A stretch of 59,100 nucleotides of DNA from Flavobacteriales bacterium (GTDB lineage Bacteria; Bacteroidota; Bacteroidia; Flavobacteriales_F; PHOS-HE28), in assembly GCA_041745875.1 (NCBI GenBank), contig JBGTIB010000234.1:1-59100 (forward strand), given 5' to 3'. A model generated the notes under the pieces. That model was given only the letters and a program-made list of their open reading frames with translations, had not been told where the DNA came from and searched no databases. How positions within the stretch are numbered: the first letter of the stretch is position 1; the number at the start of each line of letters is the position of its first letter. Shown one piece after another: positions 42,963-51,190 of the stretch. The translations under genes were made by a program, and so were the position numbers.

Positions 42963-43066
42963 TGCCCATGTGGTCATGTGCTCATGTGCCCATGAATGCA
43001 CGCCTCTGGTTCCGGAGGACCAATGTGCACATGGTCGCATGGTCGCATGTTCACATGACCACATGC
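42963..43066. repeat. Inverted pair of octamer tandem arrays
   Basis: TGCCCATG TGGTCATG TGCTCATG TGCCCATG ... CATGGTCG CATGGTCG CATGTTCA CATGACCA. Confidence 0.75.
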
Positions 43067-43076
43067 CTTCGCTTCG

Positions 43077-43158
43077 TACCCAGGGCGGGACTCGAACCCG
43101 CACGAATTGCTTCACTGGTGTTTGAGACCAGCGCGTCTACCGATTCCGCCACCTGGGT
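43077..43158 (-). tRNA. tRNA-Leu (anticodon CAA)
   Basis: ACCCAGG/CCTGGGT acceptor stem, CTGGT-CTCAAAC-ACCAG anticodon arm, long variable arm, GTTCGAGTC T loop; CCA not encoded. Confidence 0.96.
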
Positions 43159-43164
43159 AGGTGC

Positions 43165-43419
43165 TCACCTTCTTTTGCGGTTGCGAATTTCTTTCAATAA
43201 CTCCTTTCCCGCACCAGACTTCAAGAACTTTTCTCGTCTCCGAGCTTCCTTTCTATCTGGCAACACTTCAACGACCAAAACTTCGAAGGGCCTATAAGCA
43301 CGCGTTGTAGGTTCTTTGCCTCGCTGATGCTCATTGATCCTTCGTTCCACATTCAAGCTCAGTCCCACGTAGATGTACTCCTTCTCCAAGCTGGCTAAGG
43401 CATATACCGAGCAGTTCAT
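43165..43419 (-). CDS. Small GIY-YIG nuclease
   Basis: VYAL...YIYVG, RRINEH, T..YRPF, EARRREKFLKSG; lower GC than neighbours. Confidence 0.9.
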   Translation of the reverse strand: MNCSVYALASLEKEYIYVGLSLNVERRINEHQRGKEPTTRAYRPFEVLVVEVLPDRKEARRREKFLKSGAGKELLKEIRNRKRR

Positions 43420-43426
43420 TCCATTG

Positions 43427-43494
43427 CTGGTGTTTGTGACCAGCGCGCCTGCCTGCCGGCAGGCAGGTCTACCGATTCCGCCACCTGGGTAGGT
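43427..43494 (-). pseudogene. Duplicated 5' half of tRNA-Leu(CAA) interrupted by a 20-bp palindrome
   Basis: ACCTACCCAGGTGGCGGAATCGGTAGA[CCTGCCTGCCGGCAGGCAGG]CGCGCTGGTCACAAACACCAG; matches the intact tRNA plus 4 nt of leader except one base. Confidence 0.92.
43448..43467. repeat. Perfect 20-bp palindrome (REP-like)
   Basis: CCTGCCTGCC/GGCAGGCAGG. Confidence 0.9.
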
Positions 43495-43504
43495 ATTGGG
43501 GCGG

Positions 43505-43512
43505 CGAAGTTA
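43505..43512 (-). promoter_or_regulatory. Probable promoter of the half-tRNA / GIY-YIG / tRNA-Leu unit
   Basis: TAACTTCG, a variant of TAnnTTTG, just upstream of the half-tRNA. Confidence 0.55.
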
Positions 43513-43565
43513 AGCAGCAAGGGCTGCTCAGTGTTATCGAACGAAGCGAGCGGGCCTGTATCCCA

Positions 43566-45359
43566 TCATTCCTTGATGAAGCGGGCACTGATACTTGAAC
43601 CTGCGATGCGCACCGAATACAGCCCGGCGGGCAATCCGGAAACGTCGATGGTCGATGTGGTGCCACTGGTCCTGGTCCGCATCACACAGGCGCCTTTCGT
43701 GTCGAATACGTCCACCCCGGTGCCCGGCAACACATTCGGAGCGGCCAGGTTCAGAAGGGTCGATGTAGGGTTGGGAAAGAGCGCGAGATGATCGGCCGCA
43801 ACTGGCCGTTCATGGAGACCGGTGGGCAACCCATCACAGGCCATTGGCCAACCCTCTTCCACGCTGTTCCACATGCCGGGTATGTCCATCGCGAATGCGC
43901 GAATGCTATCCACACGCTGCTGCAGTGCGGCTACGCTGGCCTCTGGACCTCCGTCCTCTGCACGGGCGTACACATAGGCCAGGAGCAGGTTGATGTGCTC
44001 ACCGGGCTCCAAGGTGCCCGGTCCCATACGGGCCAAAACTCTCCTGTCACCCGGCACATTGCCTGCGCCCACTTCGCTCCATGGCGCTTGTGGTACACCG
44101 CCGGTACCCAGCCCGGCCTGGTCGCTTTCACCTGGGAACACATAGTCGGTGTACACCAATGGAGGAACGCTCGAATATCCAGTTCCGCCGTAGCGCAAGG
44201 GAACGTTGTCCTTCCATATACCGCGCAGGTAACTGTAGAAGTGGGTGTGCGTGGTCGGGTCGGTCATGGAGACCGGTCCCTGTTCCAGCCAATACATGGA
44301 GCCGCTCAATCCATGGCGCTCATTATCGATGATCCCGTCCGCGAACCCGCTGCCGTATTGGTACAGGTATTCGGGTAGTGCGGGGTTATCCATGCCATCG
44401 AGCTCAAGACGCGGCCCCTTCAACACGACCATACCGAATGCGGGTGGGTTGGTACCGAAGCCGGGAGTGCCCAGGCAACTCTCGTCCACTTCATCGCCAT
44501 TCACCGCATAGATCATTCCTCGGGGGGCATCGGTACCTACGAGGTCATCCAGTCCGCACCCCAGATCCAAGTCGGCGAATTGTCCGATCCCAAAGTGCAA
44601 AAGGGTCTGGGTTCCTTGGTTGATGATCTTGTATTGCACGAAGACGGTGTTCGCCAGGGCCGGATCGCTGGTGTATGCGAAAGGCATCATGCGTACCTCC
44701 ACACCGATAGGCTGTCCGCCGCTTCCAGTGATCATGTCATTGAAAATGGCGAATAGCGCCTGATCTCCAAGTATGCAAGGGTGATCGCCGGCGAAGGGGT
44801 CATAGTTGCCATCATTGTCATAGTCGAAGAAGGGTGCGAGGTAGGGGTCTTGAAAGGCTGCCACATCACCCATGGCGGGCCAGGTGATGAAAACATTTGG
44901 AACGGTGTAGCCACCGGGGAATTGCTGGGCCACATCGCAACCAGGGTCGGCCAGGCAATCGAAGTAGGCGCGGTGCAGGATCACATCCGCCTGTTCGACC
45001 TTCCACACCTGATCATATTGTGCGGAGACCTGCGGGGTGATGGTGGCAGATCCGTCGTTGGTCAAGGGGCCGGGCCAGAACTGCTGGGGATCCGTTCCAT
45101 TGAGATGTGCTGCGAGCTTCAATTGGTTGTCCGGGCTGAGGCCCCCCAACCAGAGTCCACTGCTATAAAGCAATGGCGCACTGTTGGCCGAAGGCACAAC
45201 GAAGGCACTGGTGCCGTTGACCAGATCGGGCCCGATGAGACCCGTGGAATGGACCCGGGCGCGGATCTCGTTGATGTCGAGTTCGGCGAAGGCCTGGGCT
45301 CCCGCTTGTTGCGCGGTGAGCAACAACCCGAAAAGGACGGAGGTGTATTTGTGGGCCAT
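43566..45359 (-). CDS. T9SS type A sorting domain protein, function unknown
   Basis: Signal peptide AGA-Q; CTD LFPNPT...IDVSGLPAGLY...RFIKE. Confidence 0.9.
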   Translation of the reverse strand: MAHKYTSVLFGLLLTAQQAGAQAFAELDINEIRARVHSTGLIGPDLVNGTSAFVVPSANSAPLLYSSGLWLGGLSPDNQLKLAAHLNGTDPQQFWPGPLTNDGSATITPQVSAQYDQVWKVEQADVILHRAYFDCLADPGCDVAQQFPGGYTVPNVFITWPAMGDVAAFQDPYLAPFFDYDNDGNYDPFAGDHPCILGDQALFAIFNDMITGSGGQPIGVEVRMMPFAYTSDPALANTVFVQYKIINQGTQTLLHFGIGQFADLDLGCGLDDLVGTDAPRGMIYAVNGDEVDESCLGTPGFGTNPPAFGMVVLKGPRLELDGMDNPALPEYLYQYGSGFADGIIDNERHGLSGSMYWLEQGPVSMTDPTTHTHFYSYLRGIWKDNVPLRYGGTGYSSVPPLVYTDYVFPGESDQAGLGTGGVPQAPWSEVGAGNVPGDRRVLARMGPGTLEPGEHINLLLAYVYARAEDGGPEASVAALQQRVDSIRAFAMDIPGMWNSVEEGWPMACDGLPTGLHERPVAADHLALFPNPTSTLLNLAAPNVLPGTGVDVFDTKGACVMRTRTSGTTSTIDVSGLPAGLYSVRIAGSSISARFIKE

Positions 45360-45478
45360 GGGTGAGGGGTTGAGGTGGAACGGATGATCCGCACCTGAAA
45401 CTACCACCAAGCCTGGCGACCCCAGCCCGCTCACCGGATTACGGCATATTCCGAACGGTCATCGGTCGTTGATGCCCC

Positions 45479-45559
45479 TCACAACTTCCGCAACAACCCC
45501 CGCATATCCACCTTCTCCGCCACGATCCGCTCCACCTCGCCGATGGGCACCCGCTCCTG
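45479..45559 (-). pseudogene. Orphan copy 2 of the glyS 3' end (26 codons + stop)
   Basis: Translates QERVPIGEVERIVAEKVDMRGLLRKL*, versus Gly[28 protein letters not shown]. Confidence 0.93.
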
Positions 45560-45579
45560 GTTGGATCCGCCGCGACAGT

Positions 45580-45951
45580 TCACACTTGTCGCTGTCGCAC
45601 CTTGTGTTCATCCACAGTGGTGAAGCGCCCCGCAAACTGGTAAACCCCCGACCCGACGATACGGACAAGCCTCTTGGCCACCTCTTCAACGTCGAAAGAC
45701 TCATAGCGGAATAGTACCACGCCTTGCCCGACCTTCCTTTCGAGCGCGAAGACCAATGCTCCGAAGTCCTGGTCGTGGGTGACCATGATGCGTTCCTGTT
45801 CCACGGCGTAGGTGAGGATGTCCTCGTCGTCCGGTATTTTGATATCCGTCCCTATTCGGACGACATCGTGCCCATGCATGCGGAGCCGAACGGCAGCGGC
45901 CTTCGAAACATTCTCGTCCAATAGGAAGCGGAGCGCGACCTTACTTTCCAT
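45580..45951 (-). CDS. DUF5615 PIN-like toxin
   Basis: RFLLDENV, GHDV, DEDIL, VTHDQDFG. Confidence 0.88.
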   Translation of the reverse strand: MESKVALRFLLDENVSKAAAVRLRMHGHDVVRIGTDIKIPDDEDILTYAVEQERIMVTHDQDFGALVFALERKVGQGVVLFRYESFDVEEVAKRLVRIVGSGVYQFAGRFTTVDEHKVRQRQV

Positions 45952-45969
45952 CCGCTATTCAGCTTGCCT

Positions 45970-46206
45970 CTATGCGCCTTCCAGCGGCCTGGGATACATG
46001 CCCGAAGCGATGTTCTCGCTCATGAAGGCGTATATGGCTTTGATATGGTTCGGCTTCAGGCGCTCATAGTTCTCCATGAGCTGTGCTTCGGTCCATCCTT
46101 TGGCCATCAATGCGAGGATGAACTCCACGGAAAGCCGGGTGCCTTTGATCGCCGGTTTGCCGGCGAGAACCTTGGGGTTGCTGGTGATGTATCGGCGCCA
46201 GTCCAT
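45970..46206 (-). CDS. DUF433 antitoxin
   Basis: ITSNPKVLAGKPAIKGTRLSVEFIL; TATATTTG promoter at 46212-46219. Confidence 0.9.
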   Translation of the reverse strand: MDWRRYITSNPKVLAGKPAIKGTRLSVEFILALMAKGWTEAQLMENYERLKPNHIKAIYAFMSENIASGMYPRPLEGA

Positions 46207-46243
46207 GGCTTCAAATATAACGCAGCGCAATGCCCAATGCGCC

Positions 46244-46443
46244 CTACAACTTCCGCAACAGCCCTCGTATATCCACCTTCTCCCCCACGATCCGTTCCAC
46301 TTCGCTGATGGGCACACGCTCCTGCTTCATGCTGTCTCGCTCACGAATGGTGACGGCGTTGTCGACCAGCGTGTCGTGGTCCACGGTGATGCAGTAGGGC
46401 GTGCCGATGGCGTCCTGGCGGCGGTAGCGTTCGCCGATGCGTC
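46244..46443 (-). pseudogene. Orphan copy 1 of the glyS 3' end (64 codons + stop)
   Basis: [64 protein letters not shown], colinear with 47430-47624. Confidence 0.96.
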
Positions 46444-46445
46444 GG

Positions 46446-47363
46446 CTATTGCTTGATCCACTTGGCTGTCCCGTGGATCTGGCCGCTTTGGTCCACGATG
46501 GAACATTGGTAGACACCGGGTGGCAAGAGGGAAACATCCACGCCCCCATCCTCCTTTATCGCTTCTTCCATGACGATCCGGCCGGTGATGTCGTGCAGGC
46601 GTAGCGAGGTTTGCCCAAATTCTTCCAAGCTTCTGACCCAGAGTTGGTCGTGCCCAGGGTTGGGATATAGGACCGGCCCTGACGATCGCTGCGGACTTGT
46701 GTCCATCCCCAGGAACAGGTCGCAAGCCGATGGTCCACCTGTATCATAGATCGGAAATGTGTCGTCCTGGTAAGTGCGCAAAGTGGCGCCGAAATCTGAG
46801 ACGATGCATCCTCCTGGGGGGATGACCATCAATGGCGTCCCAATGCGTTCCACGACTGTCGTCATGCCCATCTCGGGATCACCGAACTGGTCGAGATGGA
46901 CCACGGAAACTGTACGCAGCATTACCCCGCTCAATGAAATATGGCCTGTATCGGTCACCTGGAGCATGCCCCATGTTCCTCCACACGTGCTCTCGTCAGC
47001 ACCGATCGGCCACCAACGGTCGCCAGGCACGGCGTTGAACCGGTAGAGGGTGTCCCATTCCCATTGGCCGCTAAATGAGGTCCAGGCGAATACGATGCTG
47101 TCCTCCACACTGGTGTGGAAGTAGGTATCCGTTTCCGTGATCGTGCCTGCAATGTGATCCAGCACATGTCCTGTAACATGGAACTGTTGTGCCGAACGGC
47201 CGTCAATGACCGTGTCTCCCACATAGACGTGGGTCTGGCAGCCATCCGTGAAGGCAGTTTGAATGTTGTAATTCCATACTGCGCCGGGCGGGGACCAAAG
47301 TTGTGCGGAAAGTCCAAGGCCCATGAAGCCTGTGGTCACAGCGAAGGTGATTTTCATGAACAT
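46446..47363 (-). CDS. T9SS type A sorting domain protein, function unknown
   Basis: Signal peptide LSA-Q; [10 protein letters not shown]; CTD LYPNPG...[10 protein letters not shown]...KWIKQ. Confidence 0.88.
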   Translation of the reverse strand: MFMKITFAVTTGFMGLGLSAQLWSPPGAVWNYNIQTAFTDGCQTHVYVGDTVIDGRSAQQFHVTGHVLDHIAGTITETDTYFHTSVEDSIVFAWTSFSGQWEWDTLYRFNAVPGDRWWPIGADESTCGGTWGMLQVTDTGHISLSGVMLRTVSVVHLDQFGDPEMGMTTVVERIGTPLMVIPPGGCIVSDFGATLRTYQDDTFPIYDTGGPSACDLFLGMDTSPQRSSGPVLYPNPGHDQLWVRSLEEFGQTSLRLHDITGRIVMEEAIKEDGGVDVSLLPPGVYQCSIVDQSGQIHGTAKWIKQ

Positions 47364-47429
47364 GGGTTTGTCTGTTCTCCTAATGTGCAGGAAGAAGACA
47401 CCAGAAGGGACGCCTTCGCTGCTTAAGTC

Positions 47430-48971
47430 CTACAGCTTCCGCAACAACCCCCGCATATCCACCTTCTCCCCCACGATCCGCTCCACCTCACTGATGGGCA
47501 CACGATCCTGTTTCATACTGTCCCGTTCGCGGATGGTGACAGCGTTGTCTACCAGCGTCTCGTGGTCCACGGTGATGCAGTAGGGCGTGCCGATGGCGTC
47601 CTGGCGGCGGTAGCGCTTGCCGATGCTGTCCTTTTCGTCAAACTGGCAATTGTGGTCCAGCTTCAGGCGGTCCATGATCTCGCGGGCCTTCTCCGGCAGA
47701 CCATCCTTCTTGATCAACGGTAGCACAGCCACTTTCACTGGCGCCAGCGCGGCGGGGATGCGCAGCACCTCGCGTGTTTCACCGTTGGGAAGTTGCTCCA
47801 CATCATAGGCCGCGCTCAGGATGGCCAGGAACATGCGGTCCAAGCCGATCGAAGTCTCCACCACGTAAGGCACGTAACTCTCGTTGGCTTCCGGATCGAA
47901 GTACTGCAGCTTGCGACCGCTGTGTTTCTCGTGGCTGCTCAGGTCGAAGTCCGTGCGGCTGTGGATGCCTTCCAGCTCCTTGAAACCCATGGGGAATTGG
48001 AACTCGATGTCGCAGGCGGCGTTGGCGTAGTGGGCCAGCTTGATGTGGTCGTGGAAGCGGTAGTTCTCGGTGGGCAGGCCCAGGGCGCGGTGCCACTTCA
48101 TGCGGTACTCCTTCCAGTGGGCGTACCACTCCATCTCGGTGCCGGGCTTCACGAAGAACTGCATCTCCATCTGCTCGAACTCGCGCATGCGGAACACGAA
48201 CTGCCGCGCCACGATCTCGTTGCGGAAGGCCTTGCCGGTCTGCGCGATGCCGAAGGGGATCTTCATCCGTGCGCTCTTCTGCACGTTCAGGAAGTTCACG
48301 AAGATGCCCTGTGCCGTTTCGGGACGCAGGTAGATGGTGCTGCTCTCGCCGCTCACGCTGCCCAGCTCGGTGGCGAACATCAGGTTGAACTGCCGCACCT
48401 CGGTCCAGTTGGCCGTGCCGCTCACCGGGCACTTGATATCCTCGTCGATGATCAGCTGGCGCACGGCCTCCAGATCGTTCGCGTTGAGGGCCTCCTTCAT
48501 GCGTCCTTCCACCGCATCGATGCGGTCCTGGCTGCGCTTCACGTTGGGGTTGGTGGCGCGGAACTGCGCCTCGTCGAAAGCATCGCCGAACTTCTTCGAC
48601 GCCTTCTCGATCTCCTTGGCGATCTTCTGCTCGTACTTGCCGATGTGCTCTTCCAGCAGCACGTCCGCCCGATAGCGTTTCTTGCTATCCTTGTTGTCGA
48701 TCAGCGGATCGTTGAAGGCGTCCACGTGGCCGCTTGCCTTCCACACGGTGGGGTGCATGAAGATGGCTGCGTCGATGCCCACGATGTTCTCGTTGAGCTT
48801 CACCATGGCCTCCCACCAGTAACGGCGGATGTTGGCCTTCAGCTCGGAACCATATGGGCCGTAGTCGTACGTGGCGCTGAGGCCGTCGTAGATCTCGCTG
48901 CTGGGGAACACGAAGCCATACTCCTTGGCATGGCCGATCAGGGTCTTGAGGCGGTCTTCTTGATTGCTCAT
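47430..48971 (-). CDS. glyS: Glycine--tRNA ligase (alpha2 type)
   Basis: SEIYDGL..YDYGP, ASGHVDAF, LRPETAQGIF, FRNEI, REFEQME, anticodon-binding [14 protein letters not shown]. Confidence 0.98.
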   Translation of the reverse strand: MSNQEDRLKTLIGHAKEYGFVFPSSEIYDGLSATYDYGPYGSELKANIRRYWWEAMVKLNENIVGIDAAIFMHPTVWKASGHVDAFNDPLIDNKDSKKRYRADVLLEEHIGKYEQKIAKEIEKASKKFGDAFDEAQFRATNPNVKRSQDRIDAVEGRMKEALNANDLEAVRQLIIDEDIKCPVSGTANWTEVRQFNLMFATELGSVSGESSTIYLRPETAQGIFVNFLNVQKSARMKIPFGIAQTGKAFRNEIVARQFVFRMREFEQMEMQFFVKPGTEMEWYAHWKEYRMKWHRALGLPTENYRFHDHIKLAHYANAACDIEFQFPMGFKELEGIHSRTDFDLSSHEKHSGRKLQYFDPEANESYVPYVVETSIGLDRMFLAILSAAYDVEQLPNGETREVLRIPAALAPVKVAVLPLIKKDGLPEKAREIMDRLKLDHNCQFDEKDSIGKRYRRQDAIGTPYCITVDHETLVDNAVTIRERDSMKQDRVPISEVERIVGEKVDMRGLLRKL

Positions 48972-48976
48972 GCTTG

Positions 48977-49003
48977 GTCCGCCGAAGCTTTATGCGAAGG
49001 CGG
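48977..49003. repeat. REP-like imperfect palindrome in the glyS 5' leader
   Basis: GTCCGCCGAAGCTTTATGCGAAGGCGG: CCGCC..GC..GC..GGCGG arms with GAA/GAA internal mismatch. Confidence 0.6.
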
Positions 49004-49086
49004 TGGGTTGGCGGTCGCCCTGGAAACCTTCGGCGGCGCGTGCGCAAAGATGGGGAGTTAGGCGCGTTCAATTAAGCAGGGTTCGG

Positions 49087-49133
49087 ATGGACATGCATGG
49101 ACACGGATGGAGGCCGTGTCCATGCATGTCCAT
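49087..49133. repeat. Perfect 20-bp inverted repeat of decamer units
   Basis: ATGGACATGCATGGACACGG-N7-CCGTGTCCATGCATGTCCAT. Confidence 0.85.
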
Positions 49134-49263
49134 GAAAGCCCATTGGGATCGCACAAGCTCTATTACCCTCTAGCCTTCGTCGCGGCACCGCCTAGGTACT
49201 ACCTTCAGACTGCCATCGACACCGCTTCTCTTTTCTCACACCTGCGGATCGATCCACCTGACC

Positions 49264-49803
49264 ATGGAGAACATCTTCTTCAATTCTTGGGAAAGCACCC
49301 TGCGCACCTTGTTGATCACCGTAATGGCCTATGCGCTGCTGGTGTTCATGTTGCGTGTTTCGGGGAAACGCACGCTCTCGCAGATGAACGCCTTCGACAT
49401 GGTGATCACCATCGCCATGGGCAGCACGCTGGCAACGGTAATGTTGAATAAACAAGTGGCATTGTTGGACGGTGCACTCGCCTTGTTCTTGCTGATCTTC
49501 CTACAGTTCATCATCACCTGGAGCAGCGTACGAAGCAGTGCTGTGCGCAAGTTGATCCGTTCATCGCCCACTTTGCTGGTGTACAAGGGTGAAATGGACC
49601 GGCGGATGATGAAGCAGGAGCGCATCACGGTGGAAGAAATTCAGGAGGCGGCGCGTGAGAGCGGTTGCACGTCGATGGACGAACTTCAGGCGGTGGTGCT
49701 GGAGACCACCGGAGAGCTCACGGTGATCAAGAAGTTCAGCGAGCGCATCGATGAGGTGATCACCGATGTCCGGAATTTTCCGGAGCGTCGTTCGTCATTG
49801 TGA
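49264..49803 (+). CDS. DUF421 (YetF-like) membrane protein
   Basis: SGKRTLSQMNAFD, AVVLETTGELTVI. Confidence 0.9.
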   Translation: MENIFFNSWESTLRTLLITVMAYALLVFMLRVSGKRTLSQMNAFDMVITIAMGSTLATVMLNKQVALLDGALALFLLIFLQFIITWSSVRSSAVRKLIRSSPTLLVYKGEMDRRMMKQERITVEEIQEAARESGCTSMDELQAVVLETTGELTVIKKFSERIDEVITDVRNFPERRSSL

Positions 49804-51103
49804 TCACAGCATAGTGCTCCAGCATGACGATGCGATCGTGCGGCGCTTCGATGGTCCGCATCACCGACTCGTAGAGCAGGTCGGCTTGCTGCGCGATGAT
49901 CCTACGCTGAGCATCAGTTCGCGCCCGTTGGAAGATGACCGTCAGCGCCCAGGTGAGGTGTGTGAGCACGGCCGCGTTGCCATGTGCACTCCGCCGGATC
50001 TTGTCGAACGCTGCGCTGAACAAGGATGCGAACGTGGGTTTACGCCGGCTGATGACCCGCAGCACACCTTGCTCGTCCTTTCTGTAGGGTGAGGGGAAGT
50101 TCCGATCGGTTAGTCGGCACATGGCCGAGCACAGGCGGTTGATGCACGCGATGGCGGTGAAGGGATCATTGAGGCTGGGTGAAAGCGCCCGCAACGCGAT
50201 CTCGCTCAGCTGGTCGATCGAGAATTCCATGTCCTGTTCAGAGGTGCGGTAGTACCCGAGGATGATCGTTCCGGCGATCTCCTTCTTCATTTCGCCCGGC
50301 ACCGAGAGGGTACTGTGGAGGACGCAGAACGGTGATCCCTTCACCACATGGTCGCCGGGCTTCACGTTCATTTCCATCACCAGATCGGCCTCCAGGATCA
50401 GCTTCCACAGTGCATCACTATCGACGGCCTGGATGTAACCATCCTCATCATGGGCCACATGGGTAGTGACCGTTCGCCCGGCGAGATCCAGATGCTGCTC
50501 AAGGTGATCTTCCTCCGTACCGCTGCCCAGTTGCTCCGGGAACACTCGGTCCATGCTCGCGTACAGTTCGGTGCTCACACGGCGGATCACCGATTCGGCC
50601 TGGATGGACGTGGAGACATGGTGGATGAAGTAGATCAGCACGAGGATGTTGATGATCGTGAGGATCAGCGCGAAGGCCACGGACAGGTTGGGGATCTGGT
50701 CGGTGTCGTTCTGCGTGATCACGTTGCGTAGCACCACCAGACAATAGATGTACGAAGCCACGAAACTGCCCAAGGTGAGCTGCGTGCTGGTGTCCTTCAT
50801 GAAGGTGCGCAGCAGGCGCGGGCCGAACTGTGTGGAGGAGAGCGAAAGCGCGACGATGGTGATGGAGAAGACCACCCCCGCCACGGTGATCATGGAGTTT
50901 GCGATGGTGGAAAGGATCGCCCGCGCATTGGCACCGCCACCGGTGTAGAACCAGATCGAATCGCTGATCTGGTGTCCTTTGAAGAGCTCATCCACATGCA
51001 GCAACCCGAACGCCAGGGCGATCGATAGCCCGGTCATGAGAAGCGGGATGAACCACAGCGATGAGCGCAGATATTCCCAGATGTTGGAGAGCTTGATGTT
51101 CAT
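49760..51103 (-). CDS. DUF2254 membrane protein
   Basis: SLWFIP, SSTQFGPRLL, IALRALSPSLNDPFTA. Confidence 0.9.
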   Translation of the reverse strand: MNIKLSNIWEYLRSSLWFIPLLMTGLSIALAFGLLHVDELFKGHQISDSIWFYTGGGANARAILSTIANSMITVAGVVFSITIVALSLSSTQFGPRLLRTFMKDTSTQLTLGSFVASYIYCLVVLRNVITQNDTDQIPNLSVAFALILTIINILVLIYFIHHVSTSIQAESVIRRVSTELYASMDRVFPEQLGSGTEEDHLEQHLDLAGRTVTTHVAHDEDGYIQAVDSDALWKLILEADLVMEMNVKPGDHVVKGSPFCVLHSTLSVPGEMKKEIAGTIILGYYRTSEQDMEFSIDQLSEIALRALSPSLNDPFTAIACINRLCSAMCRLTDRNFPSPYRKDEQGVLRVISRRKPTFASLFSAAFDKIRRSAHGNAAVLTHLTWALTVIFQRARTDAQRRIIAQQADLLYESVMRTIEAPHDRIVMLEHYAVITMTNDAPENSGHR

Positions 51104-51190
51104 GGCGATAGCCTAAAGGTACTGGACCGATCCCCGGACGACCTTTGCCCGCTGGGTTCGTCAACGTAACCCTCCCGCTAACTTTACGCC

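Noticed and set aside
43077-43494. Group I intron or split tRNA with a homing endonuclease
   Set aside because: The downstream tRNA is complete by itself and there is no room for a ribozyme core; splicing is unnecessary.
46244-46549. Track ORF of 101 aa as an expressed stand-alone GlyRS anticodon-domain protein
   Set aside because: Its start lies in an alternative frame of the T9SS gene and the domain is incomplete; treated as an orphan tail.
43566-47624. Diversity-generating retroelement (template/variable repeat) explanation for the glyS copies
   Set aside because: Differences are mostly synonymous third-position changes, not adenine-specific, and no reverse transcriptase is present.
43077-48971. 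Prophage or classical integrative element between tRNA-Leu and glyS
   Set aside because: No integrase, replication or structural genes; the duplications differ in length and are diverged rather than identical att cores.
47793-49061. 422-aa antisense ORF over glyS
   Set aside because: Shadow ORF produced by strong G/C third-position bias; no protein motifs.
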